Shown one piece after another: positions 32,129-41,588 of a DNA stretch of 64,000 nucleotides. Under the pieces are notes generated by a model. It was given only the letters and a program-made list of their open reading frames with translations, was not told the DNA's origin and searched no databases. This stretch comes from a virus (taxonomy: Duplodnaviria; Caudoviricetes), in IMG/VR virus record IMGVR_UViG_3300033146_001059, positions 2,190 through 66,189 of that record; one strand, given 5' to 3'. Numbering within the stretch: the stretch's first letter is position 1; the number at the start of each line of letters is the position of its first letter. The position numbers and the translations under genes were made by a program.

Positions 32129-32821
32129 TTATTTTTTATATAACAATCCGCCTAGTTTATATCTAGACACAGCTTCTCCTTTCTGCCAATCTCCTTTTGT
32201 AAAATTACCAGTATTCCACATAGTAGCTGGTGTACCCTCAACCCTTTTACTTGCCCCTCTATATCTACTAGGATCAAGATTAACCATAGATTGCTGTATT
32301 AGTTCATCTGATAAAACATTATCGTAATCATTATTTTTTCTTGAGTAATTGGCTCTCATTATTTTGTCAGTCATATATCCTGGGCTCGTTTTTGGAGAGT
32401 ATGAGTTTGTATTTCTGACACTCGAATATGGTGAACTAGCTTGAAAACCCCTTACCCTCTCAAGTATACTGTTATAAGTTGCACTCTTATTATTATTCAA
32501 AGCTGAAGCTTTAGGTAGAAAATGTCCTGTAACATTCTGCGCCTCAAAATTACCATTAAATTTATCAAATTTTGTATTAGCATTATACCTTGTCGCATAT
32601 GCATTTCCGATATCATTATATTCAGACGTAGCATTACCTAACGAATCCTTTTTATAGAACCCGGCTTTACCTGCAAAATGCTGCACATTGTCCGCTCCCC
32701 AGTCCAGGTTTTCATCCTTCCAATTAACTGGTTCCCATGCTTTCACAATGGGGGTTCCTGTGGTTGGTGTTTTAGTTGGTGAGGGATTTCCTCCATTTAA
32801 ATATTTTCTGTACACACTCAT
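32129..32821 (-). CDS. Putative cargo protein (230 aa)
   Basis: N-terminal RKYLNGG and C-terminal RYKLGGLLYKK. Confidence 0.55.
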   Translation of the reverse strand: MSVYRKYLNGGNPSPTKTPTTGTPIVKAWEPVNWKDENLDWGADNVQHFAGKAGFYKKDSLGNATSEYNDIGNAYATRYNANTKFDKFNGNFEAQNVTGHFLPKASALNNNKSATYNSILERVRGFQASSPYSSVRNTNSYSPKTSPGYMTDKIMRANYSRKNNDYDNVLSDELIQQSMVNLDPSRYRGASKRVEGTPATMWNTGNFTKGDWQKGEAVSRYKLGGLLYKK

Positions 32822-32839
32822 AATTATTTATCTTTTTAT

Positions 32840-33511
32840 TTACTTAGTTTTGTATAGTATTCCTCCTAACCTAAATCCTGGTCCGTAGTACTTTGTTTTG
32901 CCTGTTCGTATATATTCCTCCAAAGGTTTCCATGCATGCCCCATACTTGTATGCGCTCTAATACGTTCTCCTGCGGGTTTGTAATAATTAGCTTTCTCAA
33001 AATCCTCGTCATTACCCTCAAACAATGTGCTTCTAACTCTTCCGTCTATCCAATTATCAAGATAAGCTCGTTCTCCATCACCTTCTATGTCTTTTCCGCG
33101 ATACCCTCTGTCGTATCTCTTCTTTTTATTATTTTCCCAGTCACGTTTAAAATCCCCTCCATCGTACTTCAGGGATTCGTTTGCAAAATTACTTCGTAGG
33201 CCAGCATACGTATCGTCAGCTTTACGCATTCCATGTAACACATCAATAGCTATGTCTTGATCTTGTGTTTGTCTTTGGATTATATAAAATGCCATGAGTG
33301 CCAAGTTTAGGGTGCTTGGCTTTACAGTTATCATACGTGATATTTTTCTGGGTAGGACTGAAGTACTCTATGGAGCCCGCACCTGTTTTATCACGTGTAA
33401 ATGTAGAGTCAGCTTTAATAGTCACCTCACCACCGTACTCAAGCGCTTCCAGGGCTTTGTATCTACTATATATATATCTTTTTTACGCTTACTTAGTACT
33501 GGTTGTAACAT
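32840..33511 (-). pseudogene. Putative cargo gene interrupted by two compensating frameshifts
   Basis: MLQPVLSKRKKDIY / SRYKALEALEYGGEVTIKAD...YNPKTN / QDQDIAID...GFRLGGILYKTK reconstructed over three segments. Confidence 0.55.
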
Positions 33512-33513
33512 AT

Positions 33514-33735
33514 TTAATCATCTATTTGCTCTAAATCCTTAGAATTAAATCTGTGTTCTTGTAACTTACCATCATTAGCAAACCATATACAACTTACTCC
33601 TAAGAATAAATTATCGCGTGTTGCCATTACTTTCAATTTTTCGATCTTTGACACCATCATTTTTGGTGCGTTAGGTAATTCTTTATTCAACTTAACTAAC
33701 TGACCTGGTTTAAAATATACCTTGTCTTCCATCAT
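33514..33735 (-). CDS. DUF2158/YodC-like small protein
   Basis: FKPGQLVKL..PKMMV...CIWF...F pattern. Confidence 0.7.
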   Translation of the reverse strand: MMEDKVYFKPGQLVKLNKELPNAPKMMVSKIEKLKVMATRDNLFLGVSCIWFANDGKLQEHRFNSKDLEQIDD

Positions 33736-33784
33736 CTTCTATTTATTTATTTATTATTAATATCACATTACTATAAGAAAAAAT

Positions 33785-35503
33785 TTACTTTTTATAAAGT
33801 ACCCCGCCTCCACGTAACTTTGGTGATGATGCATATAACTTCTCTAAAAATATTTTAGATACTCGTGCAAATTCCTTTTTAGACACATCGCCTTTTCTAA
33901 AGGCCTCCTTATCTTCTGGATGCATTAGCCTGTATAGATTTCTAATTATTTCGTGAGACGTTATATTTTTAAATTTTATATTGTATTTTTGTATAATTGG
34001 TTTCAAGTACTCAACTGCGCTTGATATCTGCTTCTCTGTCAGCGGTTTAGCCCCAGCATCACCCTCATCTGTATTACCTTGAAACTCTACACCTATAGAA
34101 AAATCATTAACACCCTCACGTCCGTTAAATACAGATTTACCAGCATGGAATGTTACTTGGTCTGGATCGGCTAAGCGTACTCTGGTACCATCAAATCCTA
34201 TAAGTACATGTGCCCCGGTTTCTTTATCTCTTGTAGCTAACTCGTACACCGCATTAGTTAAATCATCGTCCATAAATGCTGTGTGGTGAAGTATTACAGC
34301 CGATGCCTCGTTTGTTATTGATCTGCCTTTTTCTGTAAATGACTTATCATTTTTATTTCTAACAGACATCGTAGGCACATAAAACTCATTAAAGTTATTA
34401 CCTCTAGGACGTATTTTCTCTGGTGAATTCATTTCTAACAGTTTCTCTGCGTAATTACCACCAAATTTAGCTCTATAGAAATTCTGCATGTTTTTACTTT
34501 GGTATACTTTAGTCATATATCTATTGTACTCTGTGAGATCTACCTCAGGTGGAGAGTACATTACAGGCGCTGTATATTTAGGATTTGCTTTATATGTAGA
34601 GTTTTCTGGGCCAGCTGTAGAACTATTACCTCCAAGTGCTGATCCAAATATGTCAGTGGCTGCATTTGCTTCATTAGCTATATCTGTGTATGCTGAATTA
34701 TCCTGTGAAGACATCCCTCCCATAATATTTTTATACCTAGCTTCCTCTGTGTTCTCAGGGGCACTTACTGACGCTACTTTACTATCATGTTGAGTATTTA
34801 ACTGTTTAGCATGTTCAGCTATCACTGCATCTTTATAGTAGGGCTCTTGTCCATTAGACACCAACCACTTATCGTATTCGCCCCGCACATCCTCAGGCTG
34901 CTCAGTATATTTTATAGTTTTACTTTTCTCGGCTACCCGGACGTTTTGTACGTGTTGATCTTGTACTGGCTGTGCATCCTCGCTTTGTTGTGGTAACACC
35001 ATCTTTTTAGCTGTTTTATTCGACATAACCACCTGGTTAGATGGTTGGTTGTATAATAATCCTTTTGGTGCCGATATAAATGGCGACAACTCAGACGTTG
35101 CCTCTTGCTCCTCTTTATCTACTGTAGCTGCCGCCCATGTTAAAGGTGAGTAGGTTTCCTCTATCTTTACCTCTTCTTCTGTTGGTACAGTTTTAGTACT
35201 CGCAGGCTGTGTGACAGTAGTAGGTATTTTGGGCTCTACTTTTTTTACAGCTGTTTTCCTCTTTACTAGGGGAGTCTTTTTTTGTTTGGTATTCTTAAGG
35301 GCTTCTCCCTCTTCTTTATACCTTGTATTATACTCTTTAAAATTCCATGTAAACACATCTTCACCAGAAGCTCTTGCTGACGCAAACGCCTCTTTAAAAG
35401 TATCTCCTCGCTGAGAACTAGAGGTACGCTTTTTAACGTCAAGTTTATTTAATCCATCACTCTTAGTAGGATCATCTATAGGCAACTTAATTTTGTCAAT
35501 CAT
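33785..35503 (-). CDS. N-acetylmuramoyl-L-alanine amidase (Amidase_2), probable virion cargo (572 aa)
   Basis: VILHHTA, GAHVLIG, FHAG, NDFSIGVEF, SHE motifs; N-terminal TFKEAFASAR..FTWN..YNT; C-terminal GGGVLYKK. Confidence 0.8.
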   Translation of the reverse strand: MIDKIKLPIDDPTKSDGLNKLDVKKRTSSSQRGDTFKEAFASARASGEDVFTWNFKEYNTRYKEEGEALKNTKQKKTPLVKRKTAVKKVEPKIPTTVTQPASTKTVPTEEEVKIEETYSPLTWAAATVDKEEQEATSELSPFISAPKGLLYNQPSNQVVMSNKTAKKMVLPQQSEDAQPVQDQHVQNVRVAEKSKTIKYTEQPEDVRGEYDKWLVSNGQEPYYKDAVIAEHAKQLNTQHDSKVASVSAPENTEEARYKNIMGGMSSQDNSAYTDIANEANAATDIFGSALGGNSSTAGPENSTYKANPKYTAPVMYSPPEVDLTEYNRYMTKVYQSKNMQNFYRAKFGGNYAEKLLEMNSPEKIRPRGNNFNEFYVPTMSVRNKNDKSFTEKGRSITNEASAVILHHTAFMDDDLTNAVYELATRDKETGAHVLIGFDGTRVRLADPDQVTFHAGKSVFNGREGVNDFSIGVEFQGNTDEGDAGAKPLTEKQISSAVEYLKPIIQKYNIKFKNITSHEIIRNLYRLMHPEDKEAFRKGDVSKKEFARVSKIFLEKLYASSPKLRGGGVLYKK

Positions 35504-35509
35504 CTTTTA

Positions 35510-36430
35510 TTATATTAATTGGTATGGGTTATCTCTATCGTACTCCTCGTCTTTAGAGCTGTCATACAGATCCCCATTAAATTTTCTATACTTTGCTTGT
35601 AACGTTCCAAACTTATCGACCCATATTTTCATATCATAACCGTCTACAAAGTCGTAGTCGTCTACAGTCATAACTATCAGTGTTTTCTTATATACCTTAT
35701 TACCAAGACCACCCATTAACATTTTGTACAGTTCCATTTGAATACTGTAATGATAATAGTTACAATCCATTAGATGCTTAAACGGTCCTGACATCATTTT
35801 ATACTTACGCGTACGAGAGTTATAAAAACTCTTTTTTTGTATGGGCTCCTTTAGAAATTTGTAATCAAAAATTCCGAATATAGTAGTAGGTATCCCCTTC
35901 ACTTTAACTCTTTTTTTCATTAGTAAATCTACCTGCCCGGCTAGCCTCAGCCGTGTATTATATACCAACAGTTCAGTTTTTGACAGCTTCCACTTAGCCT
36001 TTTCCATAAGGTTGAGAGCTTTCTCTGCCTGACGCGCTTGAGGCTCTTCAGGTGTTTCGCCAAAATCCCAACCGTCATAAATAGACTCACAATAAGCATG
36101 AAGTTTAGACCCACGGTCACTTGCCACACGAGCTTTTTCAGCCCACTCAGCACGGAGTTCTTCAGCTGATATTTCCAGTCCATGCTTCTCAACATAGCGC
36201 TCACTAATTCCAACTGAGTCGAAGTGCTCTTTAAACCCAGCCAAAACACCAGTCGGCGATCTAAATCTGAATTTACTACTTGCAAAATCTATTAATTTAT
36301 TGTTATTTATATCGTCTACGTGAAAGTATTTGTGATCATCTTCTATGAATACTACTTTCTTGTCTGGACTAACATTGTCCACTACAACACCCTCAACTGT
36401 AATTGAAGGTTTAAACTCCGGTACATACAT
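35510..36430 (-). CDS. PD-(D/E)XK exonuclease (306 aa)
   Basis: GSKLH..E, LAGQVDLL, IFDYK, YSIQMELY motifs. Confidence 0.8.
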   Translation of the reverse strand: MYVPEFKPSITVEGVVVDNVSPDKKVVFIEDDHKYFHVDDINNNKLIDFASSKFRFRSPTGVLAGFKEHFDSVGISERYVEKHGLEISAEELRAEWAEKARVASDRGSKLHAYCESIYDGWDFGETPEEPQARQAEKALNLMEKAKWKLSKTELLVYNTRLRLAGQVDLLMKKRVKVKGIPTTIFGIFDYKFLKEPIQKKSFYNSRTRKYKMMSGPFKHLMDCNYYHYSIQMELYKMLMGGLGNKVYKKTLIVMTVDDYDFVDGYDMKIWVDKFGTLQAKYRKFNGDLYDSSKDEEYDRDNPYQLI

Positions 36431-36439
36431 ACACTATAA

Positions 36440-36792
36440 CTATTTTAAATTCTTATACAATATACCCCCCCCCCCGTTATGAAATCCTGGGGCATACTTA
36501 CCATTCTTATTTTTAATATAATCTAGCACATCATTAAGCTGGTTATTTATTCTACCGTCTCTATAGTTAACATACTCAGCGTCTGGGCTCATATATTATA
36601 TACTACCAAACCTGTGCGTTTCTCGGTAAAAGTATCGTCTGACTGTAAGAAAACACCGCGATCCCTTAATTTACTAAGTCCACCGTAGTCTAGTATAATT
36701 TTATTTACTTTATCACCTTGAACTTTTTTCTCGTTGGAGGATAGTTTTCTAAATGACGCCCCCCACTGAAATTTTCTGCGTATTAACCTCAT
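36440..36792 (-). pseudogene. Split/decayed paralogue of 32840-33511 (ORFs 36589-36792 and 36440-36592)
   Basis: SDDTFTEKRTG..MSPDAEYVNY aligns to ADSTFTRDKTG..FSPTQKNITY; ends PGFHNGGGGILYKNLK. Confidence 0.55.
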
Positions 36793-36853
36793 TCTGTTTA
36801 TTAGACTATAGTTTATTCAAATTAGTATAAGAAAAATAAATGAGGCTTCAAAA

Positions 36854-37519
36854 TCATTTCTCTGCTATAAGCATATAAATCGGGGTTGTATCCTCTAAAG
36901 CCCCTACCTTTCTTACAAAAACGCGCTTAGCATATAAGTCCTTAAATTTCGTAAGTGTAGATTCAAATCTATTAGCTACTATTTCTATAATGTAGTTTGA
37001 GCCCACTTCCTCCATTATTGTATTATTTATAAATGTTTTTGGTCCTGCTAATATTACCCCAGCATGACATGTGTCATAACCTATACCATTGTAATACACG
37101 TAACCGAGCATATTGAGAATTTTACGTCCTAAGGTATATTGATAATAGTCTATTTTACGTAGCTGGTTCAGTACGGCTACAGCTGGTATATGTACATCTA
37201 TGTGTTCATATAGATTATGAGGAGAATAGAACGCTATGTCCTGCTTTTCTAGCGAGTCGATAAACGGCTTTATTTTACCACCGTAGCGGAACCACTCTGT
37301 GTGGCCATCGGCGTAGGCAGGGTTTGGATGTGATTTTAAGCGTTCACTATTATACTCCCCATGTAGATCCCCCTCGATATCTTTATGGAAAACATGTATT
37401 GGTACAACTTTGCCTGGTCGACATAATTGTCTGAAACGTGCACGAGGATTAATTGACTTTCCTATCTTATATAGATCTGTGTCGAGATCGTGCAATATAT
37501 ATGTATAAACTTTACTCAT
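36854..37519 (-). CDS. GIY-YIG (T5orf172/Mug113-like) domain protein
   Basis: YTYI...YKIGKS..P..R..QL...E..LH...TEWF. Confidence 0.75.
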   Translation of the reverse strand: MSKVYTYILHDLDTDLYKIGKSINPRARFRQLCRPGKVVPIHVFHKDIEGDLHGEYNSERLKSHPNPAYADGHTEWFRYGGKIKPFIDSLEKQDIAFYSPHNLYEHIDVHIPAVAVLNQLRKIDYYQYTLGRKILNMLGYVYYNGIGYDTCHAGVILAGPKTFINNTIMEEVGSNYIIEIVANRFESTLTKFKDLYAKRVFVRKVGALEDTTPIYMLIAEK

Positions 37520-37534
37520 ATCTTCTAAACTTTT

Positions 37535-38446
37535 TTAACTTTCTAAACTTTCTAGACTTTTATCTACTCTATCTAGTATATTCTCTGCATTTGTAAGGCG
37601 AGACTGCTTTATGTATTTCTCAGCCCTTAGTAATTCTAACTGATCGGCTAAATGATTCATCTGCAACTCTTCTAAACGTAATATGAGTCCTTGCTTCTTA
37701 GTCGACCCCTTACGTTTTGATTTATTATTTAATTTATACTTTACTTGCAACTGTGTCGACAGACGCTCTTCGGCTCTTTTACGTGCCGTGGATTTAAATT
37801 TATTACGTTTGTAATATTCTATAAAGTCCTTTACTACCATTTCTCGTAAATGGTCATAATCTATTGTAAGTACATTATCTTTATATGTCATCCACGGGGC
37901 ATCTTCCACACCAACTAAAGATTGTATAGATTTACGCACTGATGATACTGGTACATTTGTAGATCTTGCTATTTGGGCCCCGGATACTTCAAGCTCTGAG
38001 AGAGCCCCGGCCTTTTCTAACGCCGCAAGCCTTAACAAAAATGCCTTTTGTGCCGTAGTTACAATTGGTGATATAAGAAATGCAAGAGGTACAGCTATGT
38101 AATCCTTTTTGATAGTAGTGCGTGTAGTATAGCCCCCGACCAATTTCTTAAGCATTCCTAGTGCTGTGAGCGAATCAAGTGCAGACTTTACAGATCTGTA
38201 ATCTATGTTTATGTAATCGGCCAACGTTTCTGGTGTATCATTAAATAGTACACGCCTAGACTTTCTGTTATAATAATCTGTGACTATGTAACCATATACC
38301 ACTATTTCCACATTTGTAAGTACTCGGTATCCTTCGTGAACCTTCTTTTGAACCTGTATCAGGTCAGTTACCTCCAAGGCAGCAAACTGGTAGTGGCCAT
38401 AGTCAGTAGAATACCCCAAGCTCCCTTCAATCTTTAATTTCGCCAT
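37535..38446 (-). CDS. Winged-helix DNA-binding / replication-initiator-like protein (303 aa)
   Basis: Two HTH-like segments (ETLADYINIDYRSVKSALDSL; AQIARSTNVPVSSVRKSIQSL); adjacent to iteron-like repeats. Confidence 0.5.
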   Translation of the reverse strand: MAKLKIEGSLGYSTDYGHYQFAALEVTDLIQVQKKVHEGYRVLTNVEIVVYGYIVTDYYNRKSRRVLFNDTPETLADYINIDYRSVKSALDSLTALGMLKKLVGGYTTRTTIKKDYIAVPLAFLISPIVTTAQKAFLLRLAALEKAGALSELEVSGAQIARSTNVPVSSVRKSIQSLVGVEDAPWMTYKDNVLTIDYDHLREMVVKDFIEYYKRNKFKSTARKRAEERLSTQLQVKYKLNNKSKRKGSTKKQGLILRLEELQMNHLADQLELLRAEKYIKQSRLTNAENILDRVDKSLESLES

Positions 38447-38501
38447 AATAATAATCTGTAATACTATATAATAAGAAATGTTTTTATTAATTACAAGGAA
38501 C

Positions 38502-38629
38502 TACTACAAAAGGTAATATTATGATTTTTAAATGGTTCAAATATGAGCCAAAAAAAAGACACCTTTTGTAGTAAAAAAAGACACCTTTTGCAAAACCGTG
38601 TAACTAAAAAGACACCTTTTGTAGTAAAA
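38502..38629. repeat. Iteron-like repeats at the strand switch
   Basis: AAAAAGACACCTTTTG at 38553, 38575, 38606; inverted partial copy TACTACAAAAGGT at 38502. Confidence 0.8.
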
Positions 38630-38973
38630 TGGGCGTATAAAAAGTATGAAAGTCCAATGTTTACTGTATGTGTAGAGCGTGTAATCTTCGTGTATTATAG
38701 AAGGGCTACTCTATTATTACACGTTACTCTGTGTAATATACTCGCTCAAGCGCCGCGACGGCTTGAACCAAAATTGTAATTCGTGTAACTATAAGCCCCA
38801 GGTCGTTTCTATATTCAAAAGCGAATAGTATACGAAAACACCAAATAATGAAAAAAAAATTATAGTGTTTGTCAGGCGCGGATGGTCCTTGTAATTTAGC
38901 CCCATCAAGTTTTCATTGGGGAATTAAAATAATAATTAAATAGTATAATATAAATTATAGAAAATTAAATAAA

Positions 38974-39156
38974 ATGAAAAATTTAATTGTATTAACACAG
39001 TTTGCATTGTCAGCAGTAGTTGCTTATGGTGCTTTGTTCGGTCAACTTGAAACAGGTTTAGATAGAGCAACATTATTGATCATTGCCTTAGTGATGGCAT
39101 TAACAGTAGGCATTATGTCTACTATAACACATGAGAAGGATGAGAAAGAGAACTAA
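38974..39156 (+). CDS. Small 2-TM membrane protein
   Basis: Two hydrophobic segments; first gene of the plus arm. Confidence 0.55.
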   Translation: MKNLIVLTQFALSAVVAYGALFGQLETGLDRATLLIIALVMALTVGIMSTITHEKDEKEN

Positions 39157-39391
39157 CAAGGTTACATACGTTAACCGTAATGAGGGTAAGACTTGTGCTC
39201 AACTTGAGCGCGAGTTGAGACGATTAAAGCAGGACATCGAATACAATAAGAGGATGTCTGATGCGTTCTATGAGCGTAGACAGCGTATAATAGATGGAGA
39301 AGCAGAAATAACAGCTGCGGATATTAAGGAGGATAACATAACACCAGAAGGGTACGCTATGTGTTTTGGTAAACTAATAAAAATAAATTAG
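39131..39391 (+). CDS. Hypothetical protein (86 aa)
   Basis: ORF track, coiled coil. Confidence 0.5.
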   Translation: MRRMRKRTNKVTYVNRNEGKTCAQLERELRRLKQDIEYNKRMSDAFYERRQRIIDGEAEITAADIKEDNITPEGYAMCFGKLIKIN

Positions 39392-39437
39392 TAATTTAAC
39401 AGTGGGGTGCGCAATACATATCACGCACAATATTAAT

Positions 39438-39866
39438 ATGGAGTATAAAATATTAAATCCAAAAGGAGAGATGCTATCTTCTAAAACGTTCAACAGTATA
39501 ACTGGCAGCGTAGATCACGCAAAAGAGTATATTGAAAATGCCATATCACATGACAATACAACATGGGACAACATATCAGAGTATCTGGTTGGATTCTTAC
39601 TTGATAGTGTATCTTTTCATGCGGCAGTTGGTAAGACTGCACGAGTAGCAGCAATATCGAAGCTTATGGAAGACCATAATGATTTATTTGGTTTAATAGC
39701 TGAGTTACGTGGACTAGAACTTACCATAGAGATTAAGTACAGTGTGGTGTATGAAACTGCAGGACAAGAGATGCGTGTTATAGAAGTATTCGCATCAAAT
39801 GCGTTTGAAATACACGGAAAAATCCCAGGTAACTGGAGAAGAATAATAGCTAGACAAGTTATATAA
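39438..39866 (+). CDS. Hypothetical protein
   Basis: ATG start MEYKIL preferred to the track GTG, which lies inside a repeat. Confidence 0.55.
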   Translation: MEYKILNPKGEMLSSKTFNSITGSVDHAKEYIENAISHDNTTWDNISEYLVGFLLDSVSFHAAVGKTARVAAISKLMEDHNDLFGLIAELRGLELTIEIKYSVVYETAGQEMRVIEVFASNAFEIHGKIPGNWRRIIARQVI

Positions 39867-40165
39867 ACTAAATGTGGGCTGCGCATACATTATCACGCAG
39901 ATAAATTATGAATATACTATAGTATAAGTTAACCACCTTGGTTTGGGGAGATGCAGTTCAATTCTGCTAGTGGTTCTAGGGTCATGTTATTAATTCTAGC
40001 TGACAATCGTATGCTTTGCGAACATACTTGCTGAAGATAGTAGGCAAGTGATCGGGAGTATTAATACGTGACCACACCGAGATGTGTATAAACTATAGGG
40101 CACTTAAGCCTGTTTAGCATCAAGAAGTCCTTTGGTGTGTCGTGATCTAGGCATCTTTTATAATT

Positions 40166-40744
40166 ATGGGTGTAAATACCAAGTTATCAAAAGCACAAGT
40201 TAAGGAGATTAACGGTGAAGTAGCTGCAAAGGCTGAAGATCGTAAGGTTCGTGAAGATATCCTTACTACTCAACTCATGGCTAAGAAATTAGCTACGCAT
40301 GCCACTGAAGGGTTACTGCTTAGATTTGATGGTCAGAAGGACTATAAAGATAAGGATGGAAAGTTCCAGACCAAAATGTTGCGTTATAAGAATTTTTATA
40401 CGGGTGAGTTCTATTCGTTCTCACTTAAGGAATTACTTAACAACTTTAAGGTTGCAGGTGAAACTGTTGCATCTACGCTTAAGTTCGATCAGGACAATAT
40501 GTGGTCTTTACCAGGTCTTATATTTGTTGATAACGTAGTTCCTGCCATTGCTGGTAAGGAAGAGTATCCTCTTGTATCTTATAAGGGCTATACTCAGACG
40601 TTATTCACTAAGTATGCGGGTGAAGCGCTATCTAAGCAATTAGATAAGATTAAGGTTAAGAAGAACCTACGTCCTGATTCTAATCCGTTCCTTGACCAAG
40701 TGAACATAATAACAGATCCAACTAAAATACCAGTGTTGATCTAG
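40166..40744 (+). CDS. Hypothetical protein (192 aa)
   Basis: ORF with highly expressed codon style, followed by a terminator. Confidence 0.65.
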   Translation: MGVNTKLSKAQVKEINGEVAAKAEDRKVREDILTTQLMAKKLATHATEGLLLRFDGQKDYKDKDGKFQTKMLRYKNFYTGEFYSFSLKELLNNFKVAGETVASTLKFDQDNMWSLPGLIFVDNVVPAIAGKEEYPLVSYKGYTQTLFTKYAGEALSKQLDKIKVKKNLRPDSNPFLDQVNIITDPTKIPVLI

Positions 40745-40761
40745 GGTGATAGTAGTATAAG

Positions 40762-40792
40762 AAGTCTCGCATGTAATGTGTGAGGCTTTTTT
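40762..40792 (+). terminator. Intrinsic terminator
   Basis: AAGTCTCGCAT...GTGTGAGGCTT plus T run. Confidence 0.7.
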
Positions 40793-40930
40793 AATGTCTA
40801 CACTGCTCTACGACGCATACACTGCTGGACGACAATTGCACTTTTTACCGGTAGGTGGTGGTCATGTATCACGTTAAACCTACCCCTGTGTTCGCCGGTG
40901 CACGCTTAATTTATTTAATATCATAACGTT

Positions 40931-41539
40931 ATGAAAATTTCTGTAAAAATGGATGCCATTGTTCGCGCAATGGACAAAAAAGTATTCAACAATGAAGTTG
41001 TTGAGGGTGATGAGGTTACAATCCTTAAACCAATGCCTTACGACAATAAAGATGCTGAAGGCAAGATTATATCAACCACATATAGCTTCATCTGTAAGTT
41101 AACTCGTGCTGATGGCACAAGTGAGATTGTATCTCTTCCTGGTAAAGTATTATTCTCTGCTCAAGTATTGAAGAGTACTGAAGGAGGTACAACTGAAGAT
41201 ATTCCTGCTAACTATGAGTCATTTATGTCTCGTATTGGTGGTGGTGAGACTGATGAAGGAGCAACAGTAGAGCTTGACGCGTTTACTAACTTCACAGTTA
41301 AACATGTTTCAGATATTCCTGAGACAAGAGCTAATGTGTTGGCTAAGTATGACATAATGAATGTGGCTGAAGACCGTCGTAAGATGTATGCATTGAGAGA
41401 TTATGCTAGATTTGCTGAGCTTTTAAAGCTTAATAAGGGCAAGTATGATGCGTTATTAGACTACGATGCAATCTATGAGTCTGGACCAATCAGTGCATCT
41501 GTTACTCCTCTAAAGAATATTCAAATCGCACTATCGTAA
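40931..41539 (+). CDS. Hypothetical acidic protein (202 aa)
   Basis: ORF with highly expressed codon style, structured leader, downstream hairpin. Confidence 0.65.
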   Translation: MKISVKMDAIVRAMDKKVFNNEVVEGDEVTILKPMPYDNKDAEGKIISTTYSFICKLTRADGTSEIVSLPGKVLFSAQVLKSTEGGTTEDIPANYESFMSRIGGGETDEGATVELDAFTNFTVKHVSDIPETRANVLAKYDIMNVAEDRRKMYALRDYARFAELLKLNKGKYDALLDYDAIYESGPISASVTPLKNIQIALS

Positions 41540-41556
41540 ACAGATAACATTAATAA

Positions 41557-41588
41557 GTAGCCTAAGAGATCACGCTTGGGCTACATTT
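41557..41588 (+). terminator. Probable terminator hairpin
   Basis: GTAGCCTAAG...CTTGGGCTAC. Confidence 0.55.

Noticed and set aside
1183-35414. Many plus-strand ORFs in the track over the structural arm
   Set aside because: Antisense shadows of well-supported minus-strand genes
38553-38629. CRISPR-like array
   Set aside because: Repeats of 16 bp with only 6-15 bp gaps, too short for spacers; no cas genes
38543-38779. 78-aa ORF in the track
   Set aside because: Reads through the iteron repeats in the strand-switch region; probably spurious
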